Below, piece by piece: positions 35,455-44,500 of a stretch of DNA of 47,926 nucleotides (position 1 is its first letter; each line of letters begins with the position of its first letter). Origin of the DNA: an uncultured bacterium (GTDB taxonomy: Bacteria > Patescibacteriota > Minisyncoccia > Phycocordibacterales > UBA11359); assembly GCA_903831815.1 (NCBI GenBank), contig CAIKZC010000003.1, positions 1 through 47,926 on the forward strand, given 5' to 3'. The position numbers and the translations under genes were made by a program. The notes under the pieces are model-generated. The model did not search any database. It was not told where the DNA came from and was given only the letters and a program-made list of their open reading frames with translations.

Positions 35455-35463
35455 TGATATAAT
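35455..35463 (+). promoter_or_regulatory. Candidate extended -10 promoter TGATATAAT
   Basis: TG-n-TATAAT lies 43 nt upstream of the ATG at 35506. The same 9-mer occurs at 40776-40784. Confidence 0.35.
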
Positions 35464-35505
35464 AAACGCATATAAAAAATATCTTATTAGCTTAATAAGT
35501 TTATT

Positions 35506-38500
35506 ATGCGTAATTTTAAATTTGGTTTGATCTTCCTTGTTTTAGTTGCCGCTGTTGCTTTAACTTTTTCATTAAATGCTCTGGCTCAAACCAATCCGGC
35601 TGGTTCTCCAAAAGGAGCGATCACTTCTGCGACCTGCGATCAAATTACAGGTTGGACGTGTGATCCGGATAGAAATAATACCGCCTTATCGTATATGATT
35701 TATGACGGCAATTCTGCTATAGGGATTCCTCATATTGCAAATACTCAAATCGTAAACAGCTTTGGTCTTTGTGGAGGTAATTATGTGCAATCTTTCGGTA
35801 TAAATACACCGGCAGTCTTTAAAGACGGTAACACCCACAATTTAAATGTATACGGAATTAATATTGCCGGAACACCCGGACAAGATGCGTTACTAACCAA
35901 TTCACCGACACCAATCACGTGTGTTACGTACAAACCGGATATATTGGCGACCGATGTGGCTCCCATTGTCGGACCTGTGATCGGAGTTTATAACAATATC
36001 AGCGCTAATTTTACTCTTGGATATGGTGTTCAAAAATATGTCACTGCACTTTTGCAAAAAGCCGATGACATAAACGGTACAAATCCTGTTGATGTTAGTA
36101 CCGGACAGAGTTGGATAGATTCCAATTTTTTAGACCATAGAGTTCAAGGCTTTTCAATACCTTTGCCGTCATACACCTTCACATCTACGAGCACATATTA
36201 TTTCCGCACCTGTGTTGATAAAAGTGCAAAGGCAGATGTAAGCGGTGTGGTTGATGAATCTAATGAAAATAATAATTGCACCAGCTGGTATGCGGCCACA
36301 GTAAGAGCTCCGGATTTAGTAGCAAGCGCCATAAGCAAAATGCCTTCGATTTATGTTAATGCGCCAACTACACTATCTAGCAATGTTACCAATCAAGGCA
36401 CGCTTGATATCAGTTCAGGTAATCCTCTAACAACTTTGTTTCAAAAAGCTGATGATGCAATCGGTACGAATGCGGCTGATATCGGCACTTCAGTAAATAA
36501 TAATCCTGTCTTGTTGATGAATGATTTTAAGACTTTTAATTTCTCATATACCTTCACAAATGTTGGAACGTATTATATAAGAGCTTGTGCTGATAAAAGC
36601 ACTGCGCAAAATGGTGGTAATTTTACCGAATTGAATGAAGGAAATAATTGCGGGGCATGGACTGCGGTAACAGTAACTAATCCTCCTCCAACTTTAACTT
36701 TTACTGCTGCTCCGAGTTCAATCCCTACTGGAAATTCTTCAACCCTAACTTGGAGTTCATCCAATACAACGATTTGTAATGCTGATTCACCTTCATGGAC
36801 CAATTCGACAGCAATTTCTGGTACACAAAATGTTAGTCCGACTGTAACAACTACATATTCAATTACTTGCACAGGCCAGGGCGGCAGTATAACTAAAACA
36901 GCAACAGTGACGGTATCTGCATTGCCTGTTAATGGTGTTTGTGCAACAACTCACTATGTTTGTACGTCCGGTAATTCTGTTCCAGGAACAGATACTGCAA
37001 CTAAATATGTTTGGTCATGTACTGGTATAAATGGCGGAACAGACTCTCAGCCATGTAACGAGAACAAGACTCAACCGATCGGTGATTTTGATTACTCGCT
37101 TTCTGTTGGGGCTGCCAATATGCAATCCGGTCATTTAGTTGTCGCCAAAAATCCGTCACCATCCCAAACAGTAACTGGCGATGTTTCAATCATAAAAACA
37201 TTATTAAGTGGTAATGCGGAAGAGGTTACTCTTTCTGCAATAAATTTGCCGGCCGGAATTAGTGTTACCCATATTTTAAACAACCCTTCATACCCAAATA
37301 TTAATCAAGGTATAAATTATGATAGCAACATAGCACTGACAATTGATTCATCAGTACAACCATCAACTTATACAATTACGATTAATGGTTTGTCTACGAG
37401 CGGTTTGAATAGGACAACCACGTTTTCGTTGATGGTTAATCCACCTGCAGCATGTCCAGCCGATAAAGTGCTAGACGCTAACGGTCAATGTGTATGCCCA
37501 GTGGGCCAAGTGTTGAATGGTAATGGCATATGCACAACATTATACTACTGTCATGACGCACAAGGCGGGAACATGGGACCGAGCCAAGGAAATATAAACG
37601 GTGTTGTTTGTCCAAATTCAGTTTCAACATTTCCGACAAACGACAATACATACTGGACGTATGTAAGTTCATGCCCACAAACTCCAACGGCTTGTAAGTA
37701 TTATTGTCCTGCCAATACAAATTGGAATGGCACAATTTGTGAACCAATAGTGGGTCTTCCTGATCTGACTTCCACCGATTTTGTCACTCCGACATCAGTT
37801 ATTGCAGGTTCTCCGGTCCAATTTTCCGGAATAATTAAAAATATTGGTACAGGTCCAATTCCTAACGGAACACAATTTGTAAGTACTTTCCAATTAGCTG
37901 ATTCTTATAATTCTCAAACCGGTAATGTCTCATTAAATACCGTAGGTGATGCTGCTCCAGATGGACTTATCGGAGGACAGAGATGGGATAATGGTATGCT
38001 TTCAGGTGATTCACAGGCTATTGTTGCGCAAAAAAGTTGGACTCCTTCTGTAGAAGATATTGGTAAAACAAAATATGTTCGTTTGTGCGCTGATACCGCT
38101 AAAGTGATGTGGGATGAAAAAGGTGATTGGTTCAATCGTATTAAAGAATCAAACGAAAGTAACAATTGTAGTCCTTGGACCACCATTACGATTTTAGATG
38201 TAAATCAGCCGATCAATGGTGTTTGTTCGACAACTCATTTCAATTGTTCTGCCGGCACCAATCTCGAATCGAGTGATCTGGAAACGACCAGTGGATATTC
38301 TTGGACATGTAAAGGAGTAAATAATGGCACAGATGCAAATTGTCTAGAAACGAAGACTGTGCTTCCGCCGGGTGATTGTCCTGTCGGAAGTCCGACACCG
38401 GAGATGTGTGCTGCGAAGGGTCAAACCTATCAAAACTGCGTTTGCGTAAATGGCGGAGTAAATCCACCGCCAACTATCTCTTGCCGTGCGTCAGTGGGGG

Positions 38501-38763
38501 GAGATTCGAGCGCAACCGGTGCTTACGTCGGACAAACGGTAATTTGGACGGCAAATAACCCCGCTGTTTCGTGGAGCGAAAATCAAAGCGGTACTCCTAT
38601 TCTAGGAACTGGGCAAACATATTCAGTACAATATGTTAAGATAGGTAAAAAAACGATGTATGCAAGCTTGGGAGGTGTTATTGCACAATGCACAGTTGGT
38701 GCTTCAAATCCGCCAAAAATGACAATACTCATAACTAACAATCCGAATTCGGGGGAAAATTAG
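35506..38763 (+). CDS. Large secreted Cys-rich surface protein with CARDB-like and Ig-like repeats
   Basis: Signal peptide MRNFKFGLIFLVLVAAVALTFSLNALA-Q. Three CARDB-type modules end in ESNENNNCTSW / ELNEGNNCGAW / ESNESNNCSPW. There is an Ig-like module (TLTWSSSNTTIC...YSITCTGQGG). Two copies of an NGVC.TTH..C..G....W.C.G.NGGTD module are also present. Confidence 0.8.
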   Translation: MRNFKFGLIFLVLVAAVALTFSLNALAQTNPAGSPKGAITSATCDQITGWTCDPDRNNTALSYMIYDGNSAIGIPHIANTQIVNSFGLCGGNYVQSFGINTPAVFKDGNTHNLNVYGINIAGTPGQDALLTNSPTPITCVTYKPDILATDVAPIVGPVIGVYNNISANFTLGYGVQKYVTALLQKADDINGTNPVDVSTGQSWIDSNFLDHRVQGFSIPLPSYTFTSTSTYYFRTCVDKSAKADVSGVVDESNENNNCTSWYAATVRAPDLVASAISKMPSIYVNAPTTLSSNVTNQGTLDISSGNPLTTLFQKADDAIGTNAADIGTSVNNNPVLLMNDFKTFNFSYTFTNVGTYYIRACADKSTAQNGGNFTELNEGNNCGAWTAVTVTNPPPTLTFTAAPSSIPTGNSSTLTWSSSNTTICNADSPSWTNSTAISGTQNVSPTVTTTYSITCTGQGGSITKTATVTVSALPVNGVCATTHYVCTSGNSVPGTDTATKYVWSCTGINGGTDSQPCNENKTQPIGDFDYSLSVGAANMQSGHLVVAKNPSPSQTVTGDVSIIKTLLSGNAEEVTLSAINLPAGISVTHILNNPSYPNINQGINYDSNIALTIDSSVQPSTYTITINGLSTSGLNRTTTFSLMVNPPAACPADKVLDANGQCVCPVGQVLNGNGICTTLYYCHDAQGGNMGPSQGNINGVVCPNSVSTFPTNDNTYWTYVSSCPQTPTACKYYCPANTNWNGTICEPIVGLPDLTSTDFVTPTSVIAGSPVQFSGIIKNIGTGPIPNGTQFVSTFQLADSYNSQTGNVSLNTVGDAAPDGLIGGQRWDNGMLSGDSQAIVAQKSWTPSVEDIGKTKYVRLCADTAKVMWDEKGDWFNRIKESNESNNCSPWTTITILDVNQPINGVCSTTHFNCSAGTNLESSDLETTSGYSWTCKGVNNGTDANCLETKTVLPPGDCPVGSPTPEMCAAKGQTYQNCVCVNGGVNPPPTISCRASVGGDSSATGAYVGQTVIWTANNPAVSWSENQSGTPILGTGQTYSVQYVKIGKKTMYASLGGVIAQCTVGASNPPKMTILITNNPNSGEN

Positions 38764-38766
38764 GAA

Positions 38767-40284
38767 ATGCAAAATTCAAAAAAACAAACCATGCTGATCG
38801 TCTTGGACGGTTGGGGATATCGAGAATCAACAAAAGATAATGCCATTGCCACAGCCAACACGCCATTTTATGATAATCTCTGGGAAAATTATCCACATGC
38901 GCTTTTGCAGGCGTCCGGTCTAGCTGTTGGATTGCCTGAAGGACAAATGGGTAACAGTGAAGTTGGACATACAATAATTGGTGCCGGAAAGATTGTTGAT
39001 ACTGATCTCGTGCGCATCAGCAAAGCGATTACGAATAATGAATTGAATAATAATTCGGCACTGGTTACACTTTTTGGTCATGTTAAAAAGAATAATTCTA
39101 CTTTGCACTTGATGGGATTGCTGGGTGACGGAGGAGTGCACGCATATAGCGAACATTTATTTGCCATTTTTCGCGCAGTCAAAGATGCGAATGTGAAAAA
39201 TGTAGCCATTCATGTTTTTACCGATGGTCGCGACACACCGCCACAGAGTGCCGCAAAATATATTAAAGAGTTAGAAAATTTCTTGCAGGAAGTTGGCGTC
39301 GGATCGATTGCAACGGTCTCCGGTCGCTATTATGCTATGGATAGGGATAATAATTGGGATCGATTATCCAAAGCCGAGCAAGCTATTTTTGAATCAAAAG
39401 GGAATATTTGCAAAATTATACCTTCGGAATACGTTGAAAATCTATATAAAGAAGGGAAATTGGATGAGCATCTTGTTCCGATAGTTTGTTACGATGCGGA
39501 TCAAAAAACTTTCGCAATTAACGCGAATGACGGTATTTTCTTTTATAATTTCCGAGCCGATCGAGCACGAATGTTGACTCAAAAAATTTTGGAAAGAACT
39601 GCTGACAAAAATGTTTGCTTGGTGACAATGACCGAATACAGCAAGGAGTTCAAATGCCTTGTGGCTTTTCCCCCGGTCTCGATCGAAACAACTTTGGCCG
39701 GTGAGATCTCGAAGGCTGGGCTTAAACAAGTGCATATTGCCGAGACGGAAAAATTCGCTCACGCCACTTATTTTTTAGATGGTGGACGCGAGACGACATA
39801 TCCAAATGAAACCTATGAACTGATTCCTTCTCACAAAGATGTGGCAACACACGACCTTGCGCCAAAAATGAGAGCTGAAGAGATTGCTGACAAGGCAGTG
39901 GAATATATAAAAAATGGCACAGATTTTATTTTTATTAACTTTGCTAATGCCGATATGGTCGGTCACACCGCCAACGTGCCAGCGATAATCGAAGCGGTGG
40001 AGGAAATAGACAAACAGTTGAAAAAAGTTGTGACCGAAATGCAAAAAGTTGGCGGTGTAGTTTTCATTACCGCTGACCACGGTAACGCGGAGATCAACAT
40101 CGATCAAGAAACTGGAATAAAACATACGGCTCACACTACCGATCCCGTGCCGGCTATAATTACAGACAAAAATATGCAAATAAATTCCGAAGGAGGTTTG
40201 GCTGACGTTGCACCGACGATCTTTGAACTTATGAATTTACCTAAACCAGCCACAATGACGGGTGTTAGTTTATTAAAAACATAA
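38767..40284 (+). CDS. gpmI: 2,3-bisphosphoglycerate-independent phosphoglycerate mutase
   Basis: Motifs LIVLDGWG, GNSEVGHTIIGAG, TDGRDTPP and ITADHGNAE. Confidence 0.95.
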   Translation: MQNSKKQTMLIVLDGWGYRESTKDNAIATANTPFYDNLWENYPHALLQASGLAVGLPEGQMGNSEVGHTIIGAGKIVDTDLVRISKAITNNELNNNSALVTLFGHVKKNNSTLHLMGLLGDGGVHAYSEHLFAIFRAVKDANVKNVAIHVFTDGRDTPPQSAAKYIKELENFLQEVGVGSIATVSGRYYAMDRDNNWDRLSKAEQAIFESKGNICKIIPSEYVENLYKEGKLDEHLVPIVCYDADQKTFAINANDGIFFYNFRADRARMLTQKILERTADKNVCLVTMTEYSKEFKCLVAFPPVSIETTLAGEISKAGLKQVHIAETEKFAHATYFLDGGRETTYPNETYELIPSHKDVATHDLAPKMRAEEIADKAVEYIKNGTDFIFINFANADMVGHTANVPAIIEAVEEIDKQLKKVVTEMQKVGGVVFITADHGNAEINIDQETGIKHTAHTTDPVPAIITDKNMQINSEGGLADVAPTIFELMNLPKPATMTGVSLLKT

Positions 40285-40293
40285 TTAAAAACC

Positions 40294-40719
40294 ATGAAAA
40301 AAATAATTAACTTTTTTGATAAATTGGAGGATCATGTGCGAGGTAAACTCAGTTTATATCCGATCGTTTACGCTTTTATAGGCGGCGTTTGCGTGGTGCT
40401 TTTTTGGCGAGGCGTTTGGCACACAGCCGATATTTTGATGGTGCAAGGCGGATCTTGGAACGCGGCTATTTTCTATGAACCAACAACTGTAGTTTGGACA
40501 ACTGTCATAATGCTTCTCACTGGTCTATTTGTCTCATTTTTTATCGGAGAGAGAATTGTCATTTCTGGTTTAAAACACGACAAAAAAGTTTTTGAAAAAA
40601 CAGCCTCTGAAGTTGCCGAAGAGGAAGGAGAGATCGAGGGTGCGCGACAACATATTAAAAACATCGAGAAAGAGTTACTTGTTTTGACCGAAAAGATTAA
40701 CAAATTGGAAAATAAATAG
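40294..40719 (+). CDS. Hypothetical membrane protein with C-terminal coiled-coil segment
   Basis: Two hydrophobic helices (IVYAFIGGVCVVLFW, VVWTTVIMLLTGLFVSFFI) and a charged helical tail. Confidence 0.6.
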   Translation: MKKIINFFDKLEDHVRGKLSLYPIVYAFIGGVCVVLFWRGVWHTADILMVQGGSWNAAIFYEPTTVVWTTVIMLLTGLFVSFFIGERIVISGLKHDKKVFEKTASEVAEEEGEIEGARQHIKNIEKELLVLTEKINKLENK

Positions 40720-40775
40720 GGAATTATCGACTTTTTTAAGTTATCCACACTTTTTCTTTTTTTTGGCTATATATT

Positions 40776-40784
40776 TGATATAAT
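40776..40784 (+). promoter_or_regulatory. Candidate extended -10 promoter TGATATAAT
   Basis: TG-n-TATAAT lies 13 nt upstream of the ATG at 40797. Confidence 0.35.
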
Positions 40785-40796
40785 GTACTCAATAAT

Positions 40797-41546
40797 ATGG
40801 CAAAAATCCTCGATCTTCGCAAAAAAGTCGAACCTCAAGTCAAGGTTATCTACCGCACCATCACTACTCGTCAACCTTGGTATGTCGAGCTTTCTAAAGT
40901 CCTAGCGGTCATTGCTATTGTCACCACTGTTGTTTGGGGTATTACCAAAGCTGATGTGCCAGTCTCAGCCAAAAGCTGGAGTGCCATTGGTCTAGTTGCT
41001 ACCACTACTGACACAACTATCTCTATAGATAACGCTCGCAGTTCCGAGAACGCTTCCACCACCGAATACTCTTTTGACATCTCTTCCATTTCTAAAGTCG
41101 AGACCAATAAATACGAACCCCTTATATTATCCGACCTCAAGACAGGGGACAAAGTCATCATTCAGGGCACGATCGAAAACGACACCATGATTGCTCGTCG
41201 TGTCATTGCATTTATCTCTAGTACTACCGCAACCACAACTACTGCCACCAGTACCGAAACTTTGGCCACGACTACCGTATCAACAGATATCGCTACCAGC
41301 ACAGCCAGCACCACCACTGAAGTGGCCACTTCCACGCCAGATGTTTCCACTTCGACCGACTCGATCGCAACGACTACCGACACTACTACGGACGATCCAA
41401 CTTCCACCACTACCGACCCTGTTGCCACCACTACACCTGAAGTTGTGACCGAATCTACTGCTACCACCACAGAAGACGTTACTCCTCCCGCTACCACCCC
41501 AGAAACCACTTCCGACACATCATCAACCACCGAAAATAATATTTAA
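40797..41546 (+). CDS. Membrane-anchored protein with Thr/Ser/Ala-rich (mucin-like) C-terminal half
   Basis: N-terminal TM anchor VLAVIAIVTTVVWGI, a small beta-rich domain, then ~110 aa of T/S/A/P/D/E low complexity. Its stop is 2 nt before the next ATG. Confidence 0.7.
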   Translation: MAKILDLRKKVEPQVKVIYRTITTRQPWYVELSKVLAVIAIVTTVVWGITKADVPVSAKSWSAIGLVATTTDTTISIDNARSSENASTTEYSFDISSISKVETNKYEPLILSDLKTGDKVIIQGTIENDTMIARRVIAFISSTTATTTTATSTETLATTTVSTDIATSTASTTTEVATSTPDVSTSTDSIATTTDTTTDDPTSTTTDPVATTTPEVVTESTATTTEDVTPPATTPETTSDTSSTTENNI

Positions 41547-41548
41547 AA

Positions 41549-44500
41549 ATGAATCTGTTTAAAACAACAAAACGTCTTTTTCTCGGAATGACCCTCATCA
41601 TTCCTTTGTTGTTCCTTGCTAACACCGTTTACGCCGATGGTGTCATCCTCCCAGATGAAAGCGGTACCACCACTATCACTACTTGTGGTGAACTAGCTTA
41701 CCCAGGTATTTACATTCTGGACGACTCCACCAACTCCTTTGACGCTACCGGCCCTTGCTTCACCATCTCCTCTCCCGGAGTCATCATTCAAAGTTCCGAA
41801 CTAGCTCTAGAAGGCGACATCAATGCCGATGCTACCACTACTCCCGGTCAAAACGGTTTCAGTTTCACTGTCGCCAGCACCACTTTAGATGGAGTTATTA
41901 CTTCCAATGGCGGCACCGGTGGCGCTTTTGGTACCACGACTTTTAGTGGGGATGCGGCTCTTGGAGGCATTGTTTATGGTAATGCCGCATTCAATGATCA
42001 AAGTCACTTTGTTGATCAAGGTTACAACTATGGTAACGTTATGTACAACGCCATTTTCAATACGAATTACTACGATCCAATTATCCCATCAAATGGCACG
42101 TTTAATATTAGTATTCATAATTGGCTTGCATATGTCTGGGGCACCACTTACGGCGCTGACAATCAGCCGATCAACGATTACGTTTTTAGTGGTACCATTT
42201 ACAATGGTGGTTATGCTCCCGGCAATATTACTTTCAATGATGACACTGTTAACCAAATGAGTGTGTACGGCCTCCCCCCAGGTTGGCCAAGTGTTATCAC
42301 TTTCACACCTCCAGCTGCGTCCGGATTACCGCCACAAGTTTTGACCTGGGATCCTGCTTTCGGAGAATGGCTTACTCCAAATGAAATTGATAATTCAAAT
42401 GATTGGAATTATATCAACGATGGTTTCGAAGCTTTTATTGGTGGCGAATATTTTGAAATTTATCACACCCTTGCCTCTAATGGAAATAGGGATTGGGACC
42501 TCTCAACCAATTTTACTTCATTTGATCAATTGACCAGTTCTTTATGGAGTGTTAGTGCAGACGATGCAAACTGGGGTAGTGATGGTATGCAGTGGCAAGG
42601 TACAGAATATTCGATTAAGGATGTTTTCAATGTAACTTTCAATGACTATAGTTCCAACCGAGCCTTTAATCAAGGTAGCACAATTTTTAACGATTCGAGC
42701 ACAAATCAAGCTAATTTAGTTGGCGATGTTACTTTCAATAGCTCGGTGGTCAACAGAAGTTATATTTATGGTCATGCTACTTTCAATGATTCAAGCCACA
42801 ATGCCAACAATGGTCACATAATCGGCACTGCTACTTTCAATGATTCAAGTTATAATCAAGGTCAAATAAACGGCACCACTACTTTCAACCCGACTGTTTC
42901 GAATTGGACGAAAGTACTTGGAATGGATTCAAATCAGTGGCAGTCGATAGCTTCAAATGCTACCGGAGATAAATTGGCTGCCGTTAATGATAGAGGTGAT
43001 GGCTCTATCTGGATGTCTTCTGACTATGGGGCAACTTGGACAGAGGCGACAACCAGTATTAGTGGATCATACTATTGGTATTCAATCACCTCAAACGTTG
43101 CAGGAGACAGGTTAGTTGCTATTGATGATAACGATGGCGGTTCCATCTGGGCGTATTCAACTTCAACGGGTGTTTGGATAATTGTTCCCGACACCGCTAT
43201 GGAAGGTGGTTGGACCTCAATTGCTTCAAATGCAACAGGAGACAGATTGGTTGCTTCGGAATATAATGGTGGTTCCATTTGGACTTCTTCAGATTGGGGT
43301 GCTCATTGGAATAAAGCAAACAATACTGATAATAATGGAGATTCCGAATGGAACTATGTTGCTTCTAACGCTGCAGGAGATAGATTGGTCGCGGTAGATT
43401 ATAATCGTTCCATCTGGACATCGGATAACTTTGGTGATTCATGGAAAGAAATCACCGGTGTTAATGGATTTAACTGGTATTCAATCACTTCAAATGTCGT
43501 CGGAGATAAGTTGGCTGCCGTTGAATATGACGGTTCCATCTGGACATCGTCTAACTATGGTGATGTTTGGACAAAAGTTCCAAACACTGTGGCTCAAGGT
43601 GGTTGGACCTCCATTGCTTCAAACTCTACAGGTGACAAGTTGGTGGCAGTTCAGGACGATGGTAACGGTGTTGGATCTATTTGGACTTCTTCAGATTACG
43701 GTGCTCATTGGGAGAAAAATTCCGGCACTCCTGGTAGATGGACTTCAATCGTTTCGAACGCCGCCGGTGATAGGTTAACGGCTGGAACTTTTAGTGATTA
43801 TAGAAATAACGGTTCCATCTGGACTCACGTTGACGGTCAAACTCCAACTTACTCTCAAAAAAGTTACAATACCGGAACCATAAGCGGTGACGCTATTTTC
43901 ACGTCACCGGTTTATTCATATAACAGTCATTTTGGTGATGGTGGTTTCAATCCACAAAATGGCACCGTAAGTGGTAACACATATTTCACACCGACTGGCA
44001 CTTCAACCATCACTTTCAACATTGGTACTTTGGGACAAGATGACACTTGTGGTGGATCTGCTTGTTCCTGGACAAGCGATCTTTCGGATTTTAACTTCGG
44101 CACTTCATCCATGATCTTCAATTTTTATGGAAATAGTTATAACGGTGGTTCTGCTACCGGCACCGCCAACTTTTTTGATGATAGTTATAATGGTGATCAA
44201 TACGGTAATTGTGTTTACGGAAATGCCTTTTTCAATGACCGAAGTTATAACGCTGAGAAAGGTGTAGTTGTAAATGATTCCACTTTCAAAACTACTTATT
44301 ACAGCACAACCACCCCTGCTAATGGAACATTTAATATTAGTTTAAATGATTTTGGTGGATATCTATATGGTACTATATACGGCTCTGACGGTCAGCCAAT
44401 CACCAATTATATTTTTAGTGGTGATATTGAGAATCGTGCAACTATCGGAAATATTTCTAATGGCGACAATTTTATTTTCAATGATAATAGTGTTAACCAT

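Noticed and set aside
41162-41530. ORFs 41162..41530(-) and 41191..41448(+) inside the Thr-rich gene
   Set aside because: They are low-complexity shadow frames of the ACC/ACT-rich repeat (Val/Ser-rich antisense, Pro/Leu-rich +1 frame).
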